The position numbers and the translations under genes were made by a program. Source: Selaginella moellendorffii (lineage: Eukaryota > Plantae > Lycopodiophyta). Taken from it: 64,000 nt of DNA. Every line of letters begins with the position of its first letter. Position 1 is the stretch's first letter. The notes beneath the pieces were generated by a model. That model made no database searches, had not been told where the DNA came from, and saw nothing but the letters and a program-made list of their open reading frames with translations. Positions 63,201 through 64,000 of the stretch are shown here, one piece after another. The DNA is taken from assembly GCF_000143415.4 (NCBI RefSeq), contig NW_003314291.1, positions 1,834,121 through 1,898,120 of the forward strand, given 5' to 3'.

Positions 63201-64000
63201 GTCCATGACTAAATTACTTTTCAAGGAAAAGCTAAAGCTCAACCCTCTACTAAATAATCTCGTCTAGAACACAACTAACTCAACTTGCCACTTAGTTCAT
63301 TTGAACGTCAACACAATTGCTAACTAGCAAATGCATGAATGCCAACAACACAAAGCTAAAGCCAAATCATCAACACTTTTTATCAAGACTAATGAAACTC
63401 AATATCAATCCTAAGGAAAGACATTTCATTTCACTCAAGTCTCAATATCAACAATATCAATGATAAGGCATCACTTCAACGCTATCAACACCAGGACAAA
63501 GCTAGAAGAAAGCAAGAGTGAATCACCACTCGGAGCTTTCCAGCAACCAAGCTAACCAAAGTTGAAGATACTATACTTAGTATCCAAGACCAATCCTTCA
63601 GCAATACTCAGTTACAGATAACATTTCATCAAAGAGTGAATCACCACATCCAAGACTCAATGAAATCCAACACTATAGACCAAACGTAACCAAATGATAT
63701 CGACAGAGGTAGAGTCGACAAGCCAACATGAAAAACCCATGTATGTCTAACAACACGATCCTCCGCAACACTATTCGGTAAAGCAAGCCCACCACTGCTA
63801 AATCATCATCGAGCAAAGCAAGTGTCAACGGTCCTTGATGAAGTCTACAAGTAATCACTAGTCGCAAAGCAACTAACAATCACTCCTCAACTTGCGTTCA
63901 CAAGACTCAAACACCAACTCTTGTCATCAAGTTATATACTTATCTAGCATAAACATAATACCTCAAACATGAGATAAAAGTTCATGGACAAGCACAAACT
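60257..64000 (-). mobile_element. LTR retrotransposon 3' end (LTR 60257-61401, PPT 61402-61419, non-coding interior running off the window)
   Basis: LTR termini TGTAGCGCA...TGCGCGACA; rc PPT ctctcccccccttggg; shares the gctttgggctttcaccc motif with the other LTR families. Confidence 0.8.

Overview
This is repeat-rich eukaryotic DNA from a plant. The roughly 50-bp introns, PLS-type PPR fragment, (TTTAGGG)n tract and Ty3/gypsy content suggest a compact-genome land plant such as the lycophyte Selaginella (inference). Host-type content is the 3' exon of a Golgi alpha-mannosidase II gene, decayed PPR, SERINC and Sec7/BIG ARF-GEF pseudogenes, and a many-exon coiled-coil gene. Most of the window is nested mobile DNA: an old gypsy element, a complete non-coding LARD-like LTR element with satellite-bearing LTRs and a 5-bp TSD, 5S-rRNA-derived Cassandra TRIMs, two converging gypsy copies, copia remnants and further LTRs. 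The standout is a 13.07-kb DNA transposon (34249-47317) with 24-bp TIRs and a 4-bp ACAA TSD. It carries a Sola1-like DDD transposase and a divergent multi-exon gene whose product appears to combine a ParB/Srx-like domain, a degenerate N4/N6 DNA-methyltransferase-like fold and an FCP1/NIF HAD domain. At least 22 copies of a 22-bp palindrome (ATGGCRTG-N6-CAYGCCAT) lie in its introns, exons, spacer and subterminal regions, and I saw none outside it. This resembles a ParB/parS-like self-recognition system on a eukaryotic transposon. All family assignments come from motifs read by eye and need HMM or structure checks.
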